Assembly (NCBI GenBank): GCA_963754925.1
Contig: CAVWHX010000011.1
Coordinates: 64,001 to 128,000 of the forward strand
Source of the DNA: an uncultured delta proteobacterium
Lineage (GTDB): Bacteria; Myxococcota; B64-G9
Direction: 5' to 3'
Length of the DNA: 64,000 nt
The translations under genes were made by a program, and so were the position numbers. Shown one piece after another: positions 20,771 through 31,652 of the stretch. Within the stretch, counting starts at the first letter, position 1; every line of letters starts with the position of its first letter. Below the pieces are notes generated by a model, which saw nothing but the letters and a program-made list of their open reading frames with translations, did no database searches and was not told the origin of the DNA.

Positions 20771-21262
20771 ATGCCTTTTACACCTTTTCATTTCGGACCG
20801 CATGCCTGTGTAGCGCTCCCATTGCAGCGCTATATTGATGTTCCTATTTTCATTGGTGCAAACGTAGTTGTGGATATTGAACCTTTGCTCGTAATGATCT
20901 TTCAACCTAACTACCCCCTGCATGGGTATTGTCATACATTTCTTATTGGAGGATTGCTCGGGTTATTCTTCGCGGTGGCTGCCTATCCATTTCGACAATT
21001 TATTGGCAAAGCAATGTCACTGGTTCGTCTTCCGTATTCCCCTACCCTCCTGAAAATGGTTGTATCCGGCATACTCGGTGTATGGATGCACATTCTTTTT
21101 GATTCACCATTGTATATCGACATCAAACCCTTTTATCCGTTATCAGCAAATCCGTTATATGGCGTTATCTCCCTAAACGCCGCCTACATAACCTGTATGC
21201 TATTGTTTTTACCTGCGTTGTTGATATATCTGAACATAGTCCGTTCCGAGGCCAAGAACTAA
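20771..21262 (+). CDS. Membrane protein, DUF4184/metal-dependent hydrolase-like
   Basis: MPFTPFH, DIEP, LHGYCHT, HILFD, PFYPLS. Confidence 0.8.
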   Translation: MPFTPFHFGPHACVALPLQRYIDVPIFIGANVVVDIEPLLVMIFQPNYPLHGYCHTFLIGGLLGLFFAVAAYPFRQFIGKAMSLVRLPYSPTLLKMVVSGILGVWMHILFDSPLYIDIKPFYPLSANPLYGVISLNAAYITCMLLFLPALLIYLNIVRSEAKN

Positions 21263-21322
21263 TGACGCCCTCTCGAGTAACAAGAGAATTGTTGCGTACG
21301 AAAGACTGTAGCAAGCGAAAAG

Positions 21323-22054
21323 ATGACTACTGATACCCTTTTGCTATATCGTTCAATGGATTCTGCCAAACCAGAGGACTACGTGGAATGGGCCGTGGAG
21401 CGTCTGTGTGAAGGTCTAGACACCCCGAGTCTCAGGATTCTTGCTGGAGTGAACACTCGATTTGATCGAGACAAAATTGAACCATATTTCGAGAAGACCT
21501 GCAAAGAGCTAAACATCAAGCCTCCGTGTCAGAATGCTAAACCAAGAGAAAACTGTTGGTTTGGTGAAGAGGGCGTATGACCTCGGAGAGATGTCCGTAG
21601 AGGTAGCGTTGCAGATGATGGCGTCACTTTATCAAAAGTCTAAATACTCTGACCCGCTTCTGGTGGTTTGGTATAACATCGAAGAAGAGTTTTCATTGCG
21701 AGGAAGTGGGCATGAAGGATGCTTCTATCCCCCAGATGCATTAGATTCCCTCGAAGGTGTGTTTGAGCATGAGTGGAAACTTTTTTAAGAGCATTAAGCC
21801 TGAATCTCCCCCGTGATTTCATGCGCCTCATCAGGTGTGATAAATGCGGTTACATTGGCAAGTCGAAATTAAAACACAAAACATTAAAGGCTAAAATTGT
21901 TGCTCTGAATCCTTGGTCAAAGCCCAAACCGCCGCTGTGGCCTACGTGCAACCGCTGCGGATCATATAAGTTTCACAGCATGACAGATCCGAAAGTAAGG
22001 GATGCCTATTTCAGGCAACTGGAAGGCAAACATGGCGCTTCAGCCGACCGATAA
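21323..22054 (+). pseudogene. Hypothetical protein with C-terminal Zn ribbon, two frameshifts
   Basis: Three overlapping ORFs; WAVERL..PSLRILAG; CDKC..CNRC. Confidence 0.6.
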
Positions 22055-22081
22055 ACGTGGCAGCTAAGCTTTTCGTTAGTA
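22025..22081 (+). other. attC-like site 3
   Basis: GGCAAAC atggc GCTTCAGCCGAC..GCAGCTAAGC ttttc GTTAGTA. Confidence 0.75.
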
Positions 22082-22406
22082 AGGATAACTAATGAAAATA
22101 CGAAATAACACTTCTCATCGTATTTATTGCGATCGTGGTCGTCCTGTTAGCTAAAAGGCGGTCTTGCTCTGATTCAGTTTTTAACTCTAAACCCAGTCAG
22201 CCAATGACTTTAGAAAGCAACCTTGCGGTTCTTGCCGCCGGATTTGTTATTTGCCACTCGATCCATGGTACCTAAGCTATCTGAACCTCAAAATATCGGC
22301 AGCAGTTTCGGCACGCTTGCTAAAGCAGAGGGCGATGTCTATGATGGATGCAGCACATTGAGCTGATTCGCAGGTAAGGCCTGGAAGTCAACAGGGGAGA
22401 TGGTTG

Positions 22407-22547
22407 ATGAATCCCATTGAAGATCGGCGCGCGTCGTTTGCCAAGCTGCATGAGTCCGGGTGCTTCGTTATCCCTAATCCCTGGGACGTGGGCAGTGCGC
22501 GCTTACTCCGCCACCTCGGTTTTAAGGCGTTGGCGACGACGAGTGCC
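22407..22547 (+). pseudogene. N-terminal remnant of an isocitrate lyase/PEP mutase family gene
   Basis: FAKLHESGCFVIPNPWDVGSARLL..GFKALATTSA, then homology ends. Confidence 0.8.
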
Positions 22548-22608
22548 TGCCGCTCAACCATCGCTTCCCGCGGACGCCGCCGTTTCGTGGGAGCGTTAAG
22601 GATATTTC

Positions 22609-23117
22609 ATGTCATATCATATTCGTCGAAAAGACCGAGAGATTATTGATCAATCAGAGCTTAATCAAATTATTGCTCGCAATAAATATGCAACCCTTGC
22701 TCTATGTCATAACAATGAACCCTACATTGTTACGTTAACCTATGGTTATGATAAAAATACCAAAACATTGTATTTTCATTGCAGTAAAGAAGGCTTAAAA
22801 CTCGATTTTATTAAAAAGATCCGAACACGTGCCTTACCATAATTGAGGATAATGGTTTTGATAGCAAGACGTGCAATCATCCCTACACGAGTCTTGTTAT
22901 ACGCGGCAAAATAGAGCTAATTTACGATATTGAAGAGGCAAATAACGCGATAACATTAATGATAGATCAACTGGAATTTGAAGAGAAAGAAAAGGCTTTA
23001 GGCAAACTGAATCAAAACAACAAGTTTTATCAAGATTTGCAGATGGTTAAAGTGGAGATTATGGAAATAACCGGTAAAGAAAAAGAGAAAGAATCCATAA
23101 TTTCTTTCTGGCGTTAA
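22609..23117 (+). pseudogene. Pyridoxamine 5'-phosphate oxidase/NimA-like flavin-binding protein, frameshift ~22818
   Basis: RRKDREI, PYIVTLTYGY, LYFHCSKEGLK; continues in another frame to EITGKE. Confidence 0.8.
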
Positions 23118-23173
23118 CCATATTGCAATCTGATTCTCGGTGAGAAATTTAGATGGGTGTCTGTGGAGTTCAC

Positions 23174-23488
23174 ATGACCGTTCAATATAAAGCAGACTTC
23201 GATAAACTCGAGTGGGAGTCACCCATTGCAGGGGTGAGACACAAGTATATCGACCAAGATAATTTACGTATGCGACTGGTCGAGTATTCAAAAGAGATGC
23301 CGCCCCATTGGTGCGAAAAGGGACACTATGGCTATCTAATCGAAGGCCAAATGGAACTTGAGTATGAAAACTCAAAAATAATTTATAAACCAGGTGACGG
23401 CATTTTCATTCCGGATGGCCCCGATCATAAGCATCGAGGCAGACTCATTTCCGAAAAAGTGCTAGTCTTCTTTATTGAAAAAGCCTAA
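23174..23488 (+). CDS. Cupin domain protein
   Basis: HWCEKGHYGYLIEG, PGDGIFIP..HKH. Confidence 0.85.
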   Translation: MTVQYKADFDKLEWESPIAGVRHKYIDQDNLRMRLVEYSKEMPPHWCEKGHYGYLIEGQMELEYENSKIIYKPGDGIFIPDGPDHKHRGRLISEKVLVFFIEKA

Positions 23489-23558
23489 CCCTAAAGGACA
23501 AGACATTGTCCACAGGATAAGAGATTCTAAGCTTCGCTTCGCTCAGCAAGAATCTCTA
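23486..23558 (-). repeat. Short structured repeat unit U4
   Basis: Minus strand TAGAGATTCT..AGAATCTC TTATCC..TTTAGGGTTA. Confidence 0.75.
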
Positions 23559-23584
23559 ATAAGCTCTCTTCGTTCGACAACAAT

Positions 23585-23641
23585 GTCTAGCCAGCTAATG
23601 CAGCTAATGGCTTTCAGCCGCCAGTGATCGGAACGTTACGC
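23585..23641 (+). other. Degenerate attC-like site 4
   Basis: GTCTAGC..ATGCAGCT..GGC tttca GCC..TGATC ggaac GTTACGC, 25 bp before the next ATG. Confidence 0.5.
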
Positions 23642-23666
23642 CGAAAATATCAAAAGGAAAAAGGCG

Positions 23667-25010
23667 ATGGGCATTATCGAAAAGTATGTCGGACGTTACC
23701 GGAAGGAATATGACTTCTACGACCAAGCTGCTCGACTCGTTGCCCAGCTCTTGGAGGGAAGTCTACAGAGTGCCGGCATTCGAGCAATGGTTACCTTCCG
23801 CGCTAAGTCACCAATTAGGCTTGAAGCGAAGGTCCGACAACGGAGCGAAGAAAAGGGCTACACCACCGTTGATGATATCTATCGAGATATAATGGATCTG
23901 ACGGGAGTGCGCGTAGCACTATATTTTCCGGCCGAGCGTGAGCAAGTCGGCAAACTGATTCGCCAGCTCTTTGTCCTGACAAAAGATCCCAAAGAATTCC
24001 CCACAAAGTCAAAACCCAGTTATCAGAAGCGTTTTTCCGGATACTGGGCTACGCACTATAGAGTCCGGCTCCAGGATGCGTCACTTAGCGAAGCGCAAAA
24101 GCGTTTTGCAGAAGCCTTAGTTGAAATTCAAGTTGCGTCCGTCCTCATGCATGCCTGGGCAGAAGTTGAGCATGACCTCGTCTACAAACCCATGCAAGGA
24201 GGCTTATCCGACAATGAATATTCGATTCTCGATGAGCTCAATGGGTTGGTTATGGCCGGTGAAATCGCCTTAGAACGTTTGCAAAACGCAGGGGAAACTC
24301 GCGTCGCTTCAATAGGCAGAAAGTTCTCAAATCATTATGACTTGGCTTCTTATCTGCTGGACAAGGCAGCACATTTTCTGAAAGGCGCCGCAACTGAAGC
24401 TACTCTTGGTCGCGTTGATGTTCTCTATTCCTTCCTAAGAAAGTTAGACCTTACAGAGCCAAACAAGCTTGAACCCTATGTCCAATCATTATCCGGCGAT
24501 ACCGAGCAACGCGCGTTGTCTGAACAAATTATCGATCAACTGCTTGCGGAAGATGAGCGACGATATAAGACATACGAGGAAACTCGGTCTGCAATTGACT
24601 CGGAGGTTCGTAACCTTAGCGAAGATGATCGTCTTGCACCGCCCGGAGTTAAAAACGCTATAGGTACATTTCTCTCGAAGTGGATCACCTTCGAGCGGAT
24701 AATGAGGGAGGTTTCTCAATCGAAAACAGAACCTCCGCGGCTCATGCTTATGACGCCACGTAACCTTGAGCAATTGGGGGTCATTTCGAAGGAACATATC
24801 TCTGAGGTTGATCGAATCCGACGCCTACGTAACAATCTAGTTCACGGTGTCGAAATCCCCGATGCCCGCGACATCAAGGAAGCCACGAAACGGCTCGGCG
24901 AGATAGTAGTTGTGGTTGAAAAATCGATTGCCATGACTCCTCATACGGTGGTCCGGGGGACACGCCGCAAGCAACGCGCCCCTGAACTCAAACGTAATAG
25001 AAAACAGTAA
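23667..25010 (+). CDS. RelA/SpoT-type nucleotidyltransferase fused to a C-terminal HEPN-like domain
   Basis: RAKS, DLTGVRV, GYWATHY, EIQV..MHAWAEVEHDLVYK; C-terminal FLSKW..RRLRNNLVHG. Confidence 0.85.
   Translation: MGIIEKYVGRYRKEYDFYDQAARLVAQLLEGSLQSAGIRAMVTFRAKSPIRLEAKVRQRSEEKGYTTVDDIYRDIMDLTGVRVALYFPAEREQVGKLIRQLFVLTKDPKEFPTKSKPSYQKRFSGYWATHYRVRLQDASLSEAQKRFAEALVEIQVASVLMHAWAEVEHDLVYKPMQGGLSDNEYSILDELNGLVMAGEIALERLQNAGETRVASIGRKFSNHYDLASYLLDKAAHFLKGAATEATLGRVDVLYSFLRKLDLTEPNKLEPYVQSLSGDTEQRALSEQIIDQLLAEDERRYKTYEETRSAIDSEVRNLSEDDRLAPPGVKNAIGTFLSKWITFERIMREVSQSKTEPPRLMLMTPRNLEQLGVISKEHISEVDRIRRLRNNLVHGVEIPDARDIKEATKRLGEIVVVVEKSIAMTPHTVVRGTRRKQRAPELKRNRKQ
24938..25000 (+). other. Degenerate attC-like site 5, read through by the ORF
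   Basis: GGGGGACACGCCGCAAGCAACGCGCCCCTGAACTCAAACGTAATAG hairpin with attC layout; both core boxes mutated. Confidence 0.55.
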
Positions 25011-25114
25011 TATAATTTATTAAATAATATACCAGACTGCCGACTGCGGTTTGAAACGTGCCGATCCTTTTACCGTAAACGATCTTCTCACCTCATGGGA
25101 TGGTGCGGAGTCCG

Positions 25115-25226
25115 GTGACCGTTCAGCATACAGCAGACTTCGATAAACTCGAATGGGAGTCACCAATTGCATTGAGGCAGACTCATTTCCGAAAAAGTGT
25201 TGGTTTTCTTTCTTGAAAAAGTGTAA
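25115..25226 (+). pseudogene. Internally deleted copy of the cupin gene at 23174-23488
   Basis: 5' part (TGACCGTTCA..GACTTCGATAAACTCGA..) fused at GCA to 3' part (GAGGCAGACTCATTTCCGAAAAAGTG..TAA). Confidence 0.9.
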
Positions 25227-25269
25227 TAAGGCAATCCACTGGATCTTCATCCGTGGGAGAATGCATATT

Positions 25270-26709
25270 ATGCGACTCTATCTGATCAATCCGTCCAACC
25301 CGCTGGTCAGCATCGTCAAAGTCAAGGAGAGCCGCTGGAACCGCTACCGCGTTTGGCAGCCGTTGAGCTTGATGGTGCTCGCAGGTCTGACCCCGCGGGA
25401 GTGGGATATCTCGATCCTGGACGAGAACCTTGGCGCGCCAGACTACGCGGCCATGCCCCGGCCGGACCTGGTGGGCATTACGGCTTTCACCTCGCAGGCG
25501 AACCGGGCCTATGAACTGTCCTCTTACTTTCAGAGCTTGGGCGTGCCGGTCGTCATGGGCGGCATTCACGCGACCATGTGCCTGGACGAGGCCATGGAGC
25601 GCGTGGACTCGGTCGTCACGGGCGAAGCCGAGAGCGTCTGGGCGCAGGTCCTCGAGGACGCCCGGCACGGCGGTTTGAAGCCCCGGTATGACGGCGGCCT
25701 CGCGGATATCAACACCGTCCCCCTCGCCCGCCACGATTTGCTGGACGGACGGTATGCCTTCGGCGCGATTCAGACCACGCGCGGCTGTCCCCTGAACTGC
25801 AGCTTCTGCAGCGTGACGGCGTTCAACGGCGCTCATTACCGCCAACGGCCCATCCCCGACGTCGTCCGCGAATTCCAGTGCATTCGTGAGAAACGTGTTC
25901 TGGTGGTGGATGACAACCTTATCGGCACGCGCCCGTACCACATCGCCCGCGCCAAGGACCTGTTCCGAGCCATGGCGCGAGCGAACCTGCGCAAGGAATG
26001 GTTCGGCCAAGCCACCGTCAACTTCGCCGATGACGAAGAACTCCTGTCGTTGGCCGCGCAGGCCGGGTGCCGAGGCGTCTTCATCGGCTTTGAGTCCCCT
26101 ACGCCAGAAGGGCTTCGGGAACTCGGCAAGAAGTTCAACCTTTCGAAGGGCCGCGACATCCGCGCCTCCGTGCGGCGCATCCAACAGCACAACATCCTGG
26201 TCGTGGGTTCGTTTATCATCGGTTTGGACGTGGATGAACCGGGCATCGGCAAACGGATCGCCGAGGTGGCCCACCAGTACGGCGTGGACAATCTCAACAC
26301 GCTGTTTCTGACGCCCTTGCCCGGCACGCACCTGTGGGACCAGATGAAAGCGGAGGGCCGCGTCGCCCTCGATGCGTTCCCGGAGGACTGGAAGTATTAC
26401 ACGCTGACCTTCCCGGTGGCCCGATACCGGCATCTGTCGTTGGCGGCCAGCATAGATGAGATGATCTCCTGCGACCAGACCTTCTATTCCGTGCCGCGCA
26501 TCCTGCGCCGGGCATGGGGCAGTCTGTGGGGACGCCGCTTATCGTTGGTCAGCCTGGTCGCCAATCTCTCCTACCGGAGAAACCTCCGGCTGAACCGCAC
26601 GGCATATGCAGACTTCAAGCGTCAACGCGGCAATGGGCATGATTCGACAGAATCTCAGGCTTTCCCTTCATCCGGGACGATCAAGGAAGGACCCCCGTTT
26701 CCTGCATAA
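25270..26709 (+). CDS. B12-binding radical SAM protein
   Basis: GGIHAT, GEAE, RGCPLNCSFC, DDN, IGFES, TPLPGT. Confidence 0.93.
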   Translation: MRLYLINPSNPLVSIVKVKESRWNRYRVWQPLSLMVLAGLTPREWDISILDENLGAPDYAAMPRPDLVGITAFTSQANRAYELSSYFQSLGVPVVMGGIHATMCLDEAMERVDSVVTGEAESVWAQVLEDARHGGLKPRYDGGLADINTVPLARHDLLDGRYAFGAIQTTRGCPLNCSFCSVTAFNGAHYRQRPIPDVVREFQCIREKRVLVVDDNLIGTRPYHIARAKDLFRAMARANLRKEWFGQATVNFADDEELLSLAAQAGCRGVFIGFESPTPEGLRELGKKFNLSKGRDIRASVRRIQQHNILVVGSFIIGLDVDEPGIGKRIAEVAHQYGVDNLNTLFLTPLPGTHLWDQMKAEGRVALDAFPEDWKYYTLTFPVARYRHLSLAASIDEMISCDQTFYSVPRILRRAWGSLWGRRLSLVSLVANLSYRRNLRLNRTAYADFKRQRGNGHDSTESQAFPSSGTIKEGPPFPA

Positions 26710-26786
26710 TGGGCGAGCCTCAAACAACTTACTTCCCCGAATTTGGAGCGGCTTTCACCTGAAGAGCTGCCTCGATTTCTTTCAAT

Positions 26787-27530
26787 TTATTTTGAATGAG
26801 GCGCATATTCTTCGGTCCCATTCGTAATAGATGTTTCTGCGGGGGACTTAAAAGCCTCGAGCGAACCGTCTACGAATTCGTACATTGCGCCATCCGTTCC
26901 ATATTGAACGGCGATTTCCTCATTTGGAATGGGAGTATTGATTAAGCGTTGCAACGCCCTTGCCAAAACAGGCTCGAACGTCGTACCGGGCTCGCCAATT
27001 TCACGATAGGCGCTTTCCAATAGCGGGCGAAGCGTCGCATATACATTAGAACACGCCTCAACATCCAGAGACGCTATGGCCTTAGCAAAAAAATCATATC
27101 GCTGAAAACTCGCGTGGTCGATAACCACAGAGCCGGCGCGCTCGATTACTTTAAATGTTCCCGTAGGCGCTAGAAAACCCAAAGAGCGGCGCGGACTTTC
27201 ACCTTTGGCTATCGATCGAACAACGGTAACGATTCGCCGAACAAGATCGGCCTCGCGCATCCAAGCCTTCACGTTCGGATTGGACGATACCGCGGCCATC
27301 TGGTTTCGAAGCTGATCGTCCGTTTGCTCGAAAGGCGGCAACGGCTCCACCGGCTGAAGAGGCGTAACCTGCGCGTCGGGAGACGGTTTGGCCACCGAAA
27401 GCGTATCGGGAGGAAGAGACACCGTCCGATGCTGATGCGCCCACCAATACCAGGCACCGCCACCTATCGCAACGAGCAACACCACGACAAATGGCCATAG
27501 AGGCATCGACTTTTTCAATTGTGTTTTCAT
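26787..27530 (-). CDS. DUF3014-like membrane-anchored protein
   Basis: N-terminal TM, Pro-rich linker, SFQRYD, LRPLLESAYREIG. Confidence 0.8.
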   Translation of the reverse strand: MKTQLKKSMPLWPFVVVLLVAIGGGAWYWWAHQHRTVSLPPDTLSVAKPSPDAQVTPLQPVEPLPPFEQTDDQLRNQMAAVSSNPNVKAWMREADLVRRIVTVVRSIAKGESPRRSLGFLAPTGTFKVIERAGSVVIDHASFQRYDFFAKAIASLDVEACSNVYATLRPLLESAYREIGEPGTTFEPVLARALQRLINTPIPNEEIAVQYGTDGAMYEFVDGSLEAFKSPAETSITNGTEEYAPHSK

Positions 27531-27601
27531 GAAATACCTCTAGCTTCTCTCAACACATTCTTTGCTTTTATGCAAGTAGTTCATTCTGCCACCCGAACTG
27601 C

Positions 27602-27717
27602 GGTAGTGTCTCGGTTTGCCAGAGGCTTAGAGCTTGTTGTCGAGCAGCGAGACTTACAAGCTCTTATCCCTTTAGGGATTAATAGGTTTCGGTCGCGTGT
27701 CGTTCGACGAATACCCG
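27602..27717 (-). mobile_element. Truncated MITE (copy C) containing short unit U5 (27628-27681)
   Basis: One TIR GGTAGTGTCTCGGTTTG; GGTCGCGTGTCGTTCGACGAATACCCG is the reverse complement of copy A; second TIR absent. Confidence 0.85.
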
Positions 27718-27885
27718 TCTATTTGAAGTTGTCCTAGCGTGTCGAATGCCCCTTGCATCGAAAAGATAGGTGATTACGTTAGTCCTACCCAGTTAACTGT
27801 TTCAATCTGACAAGCTTCCTTTTAAATAGACGGATACTATCCATCAGATCAGATTGAAAATTCTAAACATTTAAGGAGGTGAAAC

Positions 27886-28356
27886 ATGGAAAGACGAACG
27901 TTTCTGAAAACTGCAGTCGCAAGCTCTGTCGTGGTGGGCGCTGTCGGAACGGTTGCGGCAACCGAGAATTATTTCCCGGTGATGGTGGACCAGACACTTT
28001 TTGAAGGTATCAACCGGGCCAAGGACCCAGCCAAGAAAATGGGGCTTGAAAAAAGTCATGCCCCGGTACTTACTTCTCCGGCATCGGTAAAGGCTGGACA
28101 GCCATTCACCGTAGAAGTGGCCGTCGGCGAAAATCTCCATCCTATGGGCCCCACCCATTGGATTGAATTTATCGAACTTCGTCTCGGTAACGAACCGGCC
28201 GGGAGGGTTAATCTCCAACCAACAGGGTACCTTATGCCCAAGGTAACCTATACCGTTGTCATCCCGAAGGAAGCGGCGCCTGCGGGTAAGATAAACCTGG
28301 TGGCGAGAGAACAGTGCAACCTCCACGGCCTTTGGGAGGCTAAGCTTCACCATTAA
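27886..28356 (+). CDS. Tat-exported class II superoxide reductase-like (SORL) protein
   Basis: ERRTFLK Tat motif; EKSH, HPM..HWI, CNLHGLW. Confidence 0.88.
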   Translation: MERRTFLKTAVASSVVVGAVGTVAATENYFPVMVDQTLFEGINRAKDPAKKMGLEKSHAPVLTSPASVKAGQPFTVEVAVGENLHPMGPTHWIEFIELRLGNEPAGRVNLQPTGYLMPKVTYTVVIPKEAAPAGKINLVAREQCNLHGLWEAKLHH

Positions 28357-28574
28357 CGTAAGCTAAGCTTCCAGGGAATACCATGAAGTATAAAAGCGTT
28401 CTTCTAAATGTTTTACCATGCTGCGCGGAGGAGGAAGACTGATCGAATACGGGTTCCCGGGTTTTTCAGGGTTGGCGATAGGTTCTTTTCAACCTTCTGG
28501 AACAAAAGAAGATCAGGCCGATAGTGGCTAAACGGATGATTCGGATACAAAACGTGGGTTCCAAGAGATGAACC

Positions 28575-29442
28575 ATGCACTTCAATTGCGAGCAGAGAAA
28601 ATTTTGTAGCATAATCCTTTGGGGAACATTGTCGCTTTTCTTGTGGGGCTGCTCGACCGCAACGGCAATTTCTCTTTTTCTTTAAATCGACCGACCATTT
28701 TCGTCCGCTCGATAGCGACCAAAGAGTTTTATTTGAACCGGGAGCGGAACAATTCGCAAAGGTGGTGGCTGAAAGACTTCCCGATGCAATGGGGATGGTG
28801 GAACGTAAGCAGTTTGGTCGGTTTAAAAAAAGTATAAAAATTTATGTTTGTGCGACCGCAGACAGCTTTGAAAACATGACCGGCAGGACCGCGAAAGGCG
28901 CTACGGTTCGTGAAAGTGTCTTCTTGTCGCCACGACTCATGGAGCATCCCGAGACGGTTGCTTCCTATCTTACTCACGAACTATCTCATCTTATGTTGGT
29001 GCAGCATATGGGCTTGTACCGATTCATGACGACTCCCCCTTGGTTTACCGAAGGTTTGGCCGTGTTTGTTTCAGAAGGCGGCGGAGCCGGAGATGTCGCC
29101 GAACCGGAAGCGATCAAGATGATTGTATCCGGCAAGGTTTTTGAGCCGAACGATTCCGGCGGCATTCTGGATTTCTTCTTTCGCAAATACGGTGACCACT
29201 GGAATCTCAATCAGCACCTGTTTTATCGGCAGGCATCACTATTTGTGTCGTTCATGAACGAATACAACGCAGATGCTTTCGAAAATATGTTGATAGCCAT
29301 GCAGCAGGGCCAACGTTTCGGCGTATCTTTTCGCCAGGCTTACAACACAACGACCTCAGAACTATGGCAACGCTTTATCAACCAGTTGAAATCCAAAGCC
29401 GAACATGAAACAGATCGTCCCATTGGCTTGAGAAGCAGATGA
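28575..29442 (+). pseudogene. Peptidase MA-like zinc metallohydrolase lipoprotein, frameshift ~28683
   Basis: Upstream frame MHFNC..LFLWGC lipobox; HELSH and WFTEGLA. Confidence 0.75.
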
Positions 29443-29522
29443 CTCACACGACGAGCAGAATGAAACGGGAAGATCGCCGAAGAAACTGCGTGTCATGATA
29501 CACGTCTATTCAGGAGGATCCT

Positions 29523-31336
29523 GTGAAATCTTACCTGCATAACTCTGCCAAAAAACCACTTTTCTTTATCATAGGTGTCGCTGTTATGGTTGGCTGCTCC
29601 ACCGTACCCATAAAGCCGACGTCTATCTCGCCGGGGGATTACGAATACACAAAACAATATGTGTCCTGGTTGATCCAAAAAGAAATGAAAAGAAATAACG
29701 TCACCGGATTGAGTATCGCTCTGGTGGACGACCAGCGCGTTGTCTGGGCGCAAGGCTTTGGTTACGCAGATACGGCGAACAAAGTGCCGGCGACTCCGGA
29801 GACACTTTACCGTGTAGGTTCTATTTCCAAGTTGTTCACGGCGACAGCGGTGATGCAATTGGCTGAAGAGGGAAAAATTGACATCGATCAACCGTTGCAG
29901 ACCTATCTGCCGGAATTCTCGGTAAAAACCCGTTTCCCGGACGCGGGACCCATAACACCACGCAGTATCATGACCCATCACTCCGGCCTGCCGTCCAATC
30001 ACGAGAAAGGCATGTGGAGCAAAAACCCTGAGCCCTTCACCACCGACGTAACCTATCTCAAAGATGAATATACGGCGTATCCCCCGAATTATATTTTTTC
30101 CTATTCTAACCTCGCCGTGACCATCTTAGGCCCCGTAATCGAGAAAGTGACCGACCGAGACTTTGTCTCCTACATGGATGATGCGCTTCTACGGCCCATG
30201 AACATGACGCATTCCTCGTTTGCTCCCGGACCGGACCTGAAACCATTTTTGAGCAAGGGTTACCGGGACGGTAAAGAAATCGAAGAAGCCGGACTCCGTG
30301 ACGTTCCGGCCGGCGCGTTGCAGTCAAACGTGCTCGAATCTGAGCCGGTTCATGCAGATGCTATTCGCCCAAGGTCGGTCCGGCGGGCATCAGATTATCA
30401 AGCCCGAGACGCTTGCCGAGATGCTGCGGCCCCAGAATGCCGACGTGCCCTTGGACTTCAACTTTCGCACCGGACTAGGTTGGGCGCTCAGCGGCTTGGG
30501 AAGTATCGACATCAAGAACGCCGGGCCGGTTGCGCACCACAGCGGTGCAACGCTCCTGTTCCACAGTGAGCTTATCATTCTGCCGGAACACCAGCTCGGG
30601 GTTGTTGTATTAGCCAATTCATTTTCCTCGGCCGGCGCGGTCAATAAGGCGGCCATCGAAGTGCTGGAAACTGGCCCTTGAAGCCAAAGCCGGCATCAAA
30701 CAACCCGATGAGAAGAAACCCGCGGAGTTCGGCAGCCCATCGACACCGATGGTTCTTCAAGCCTATGAGGGAACGTATGCTACGATAGCGGGCGTTGCGA
30801 AGGTAACTAAAAAATCGGATTACCTGCAGGCAGAAGTCATGGATAAATCATTTCGGCTGGTGCCGCGATCCGATGGACAGTTCGGTTTGCAATACAGACT
30901 CCTCGGCATTATTCCGATAAGCCTGGGCGAGTTCGACAAGCTCGGTTTCTCGCTGGTATCGGTCGCGGGACACGACGTGCTCAAGGCGACCCTCGGGGGC
31001 CAGGAATTGCTCGTCGGCGAAAAAATAAAACCCACGACTATTTCAAAAGCCTGGCGCACGCGCACGGGAGAGTACGAACTGGTTAATCGGGGCGATGATA
31101 TCGTCGCTATCGAAAAGCCGCGGCTTAGCTATGACGATGGCTTTCTGGTCCTGCAATTTACCAAACCCTTCTTCTCGAATGTGGTAAGCCGCGTTGCCCT
31201 GACGCCGGTTGCGGACGACGAAGCCGTCATTGCCGGGCTTGGAAGCGGCTTGGGTGATACCATCAGGGTGATCATGATAGACGGCAAGGAAGGGCTTCAA
31301 TATTCCGGATATCAGTTTAAGAGGAAAACAAAATAA
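29523..31336 (+). pseudogene. Beta-lactamase-family serine hydrolase lipoprotein, two frameshifts (~30338, ~30670)
   Basis: VGC lipobox, SISK, HHSGLP, YSN, HSG; three consecutive ORFs. Confidence 0.85.
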
Positions 31337-31652
31337 AGACGCGTTTTGCTCTGTCTGCGACCATCAAGCCCCACGTTTTCTCTTTCTCGCTCCAAAAAAA
31401 CCCTTGCATATTGTGTACACCTATTGCACTATCTCTCCGCCGTAATACCGTTCCTACTGAATTTTTATTGTAAAAGTAAATATACACGTCAAACAATGAA
31501 GACCAGCCTTAATTCCCTAGTTCTTGACAGTTCTCTCAGGTTTCATTCATGTATTGAAAAATTACGCTCCCGCGAAATTTCTGAACGATAGAAGGAAGAA
31601 CCGTGCGAAGAACAACACTTACCCACCGCAACACGTTAACAAGGAGAATACC

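Noticed and set aside
21262..21322. Further attC candidates (also after 20742, 23117, 29442)
   Set aside because: No paired L/R boxes discernible.
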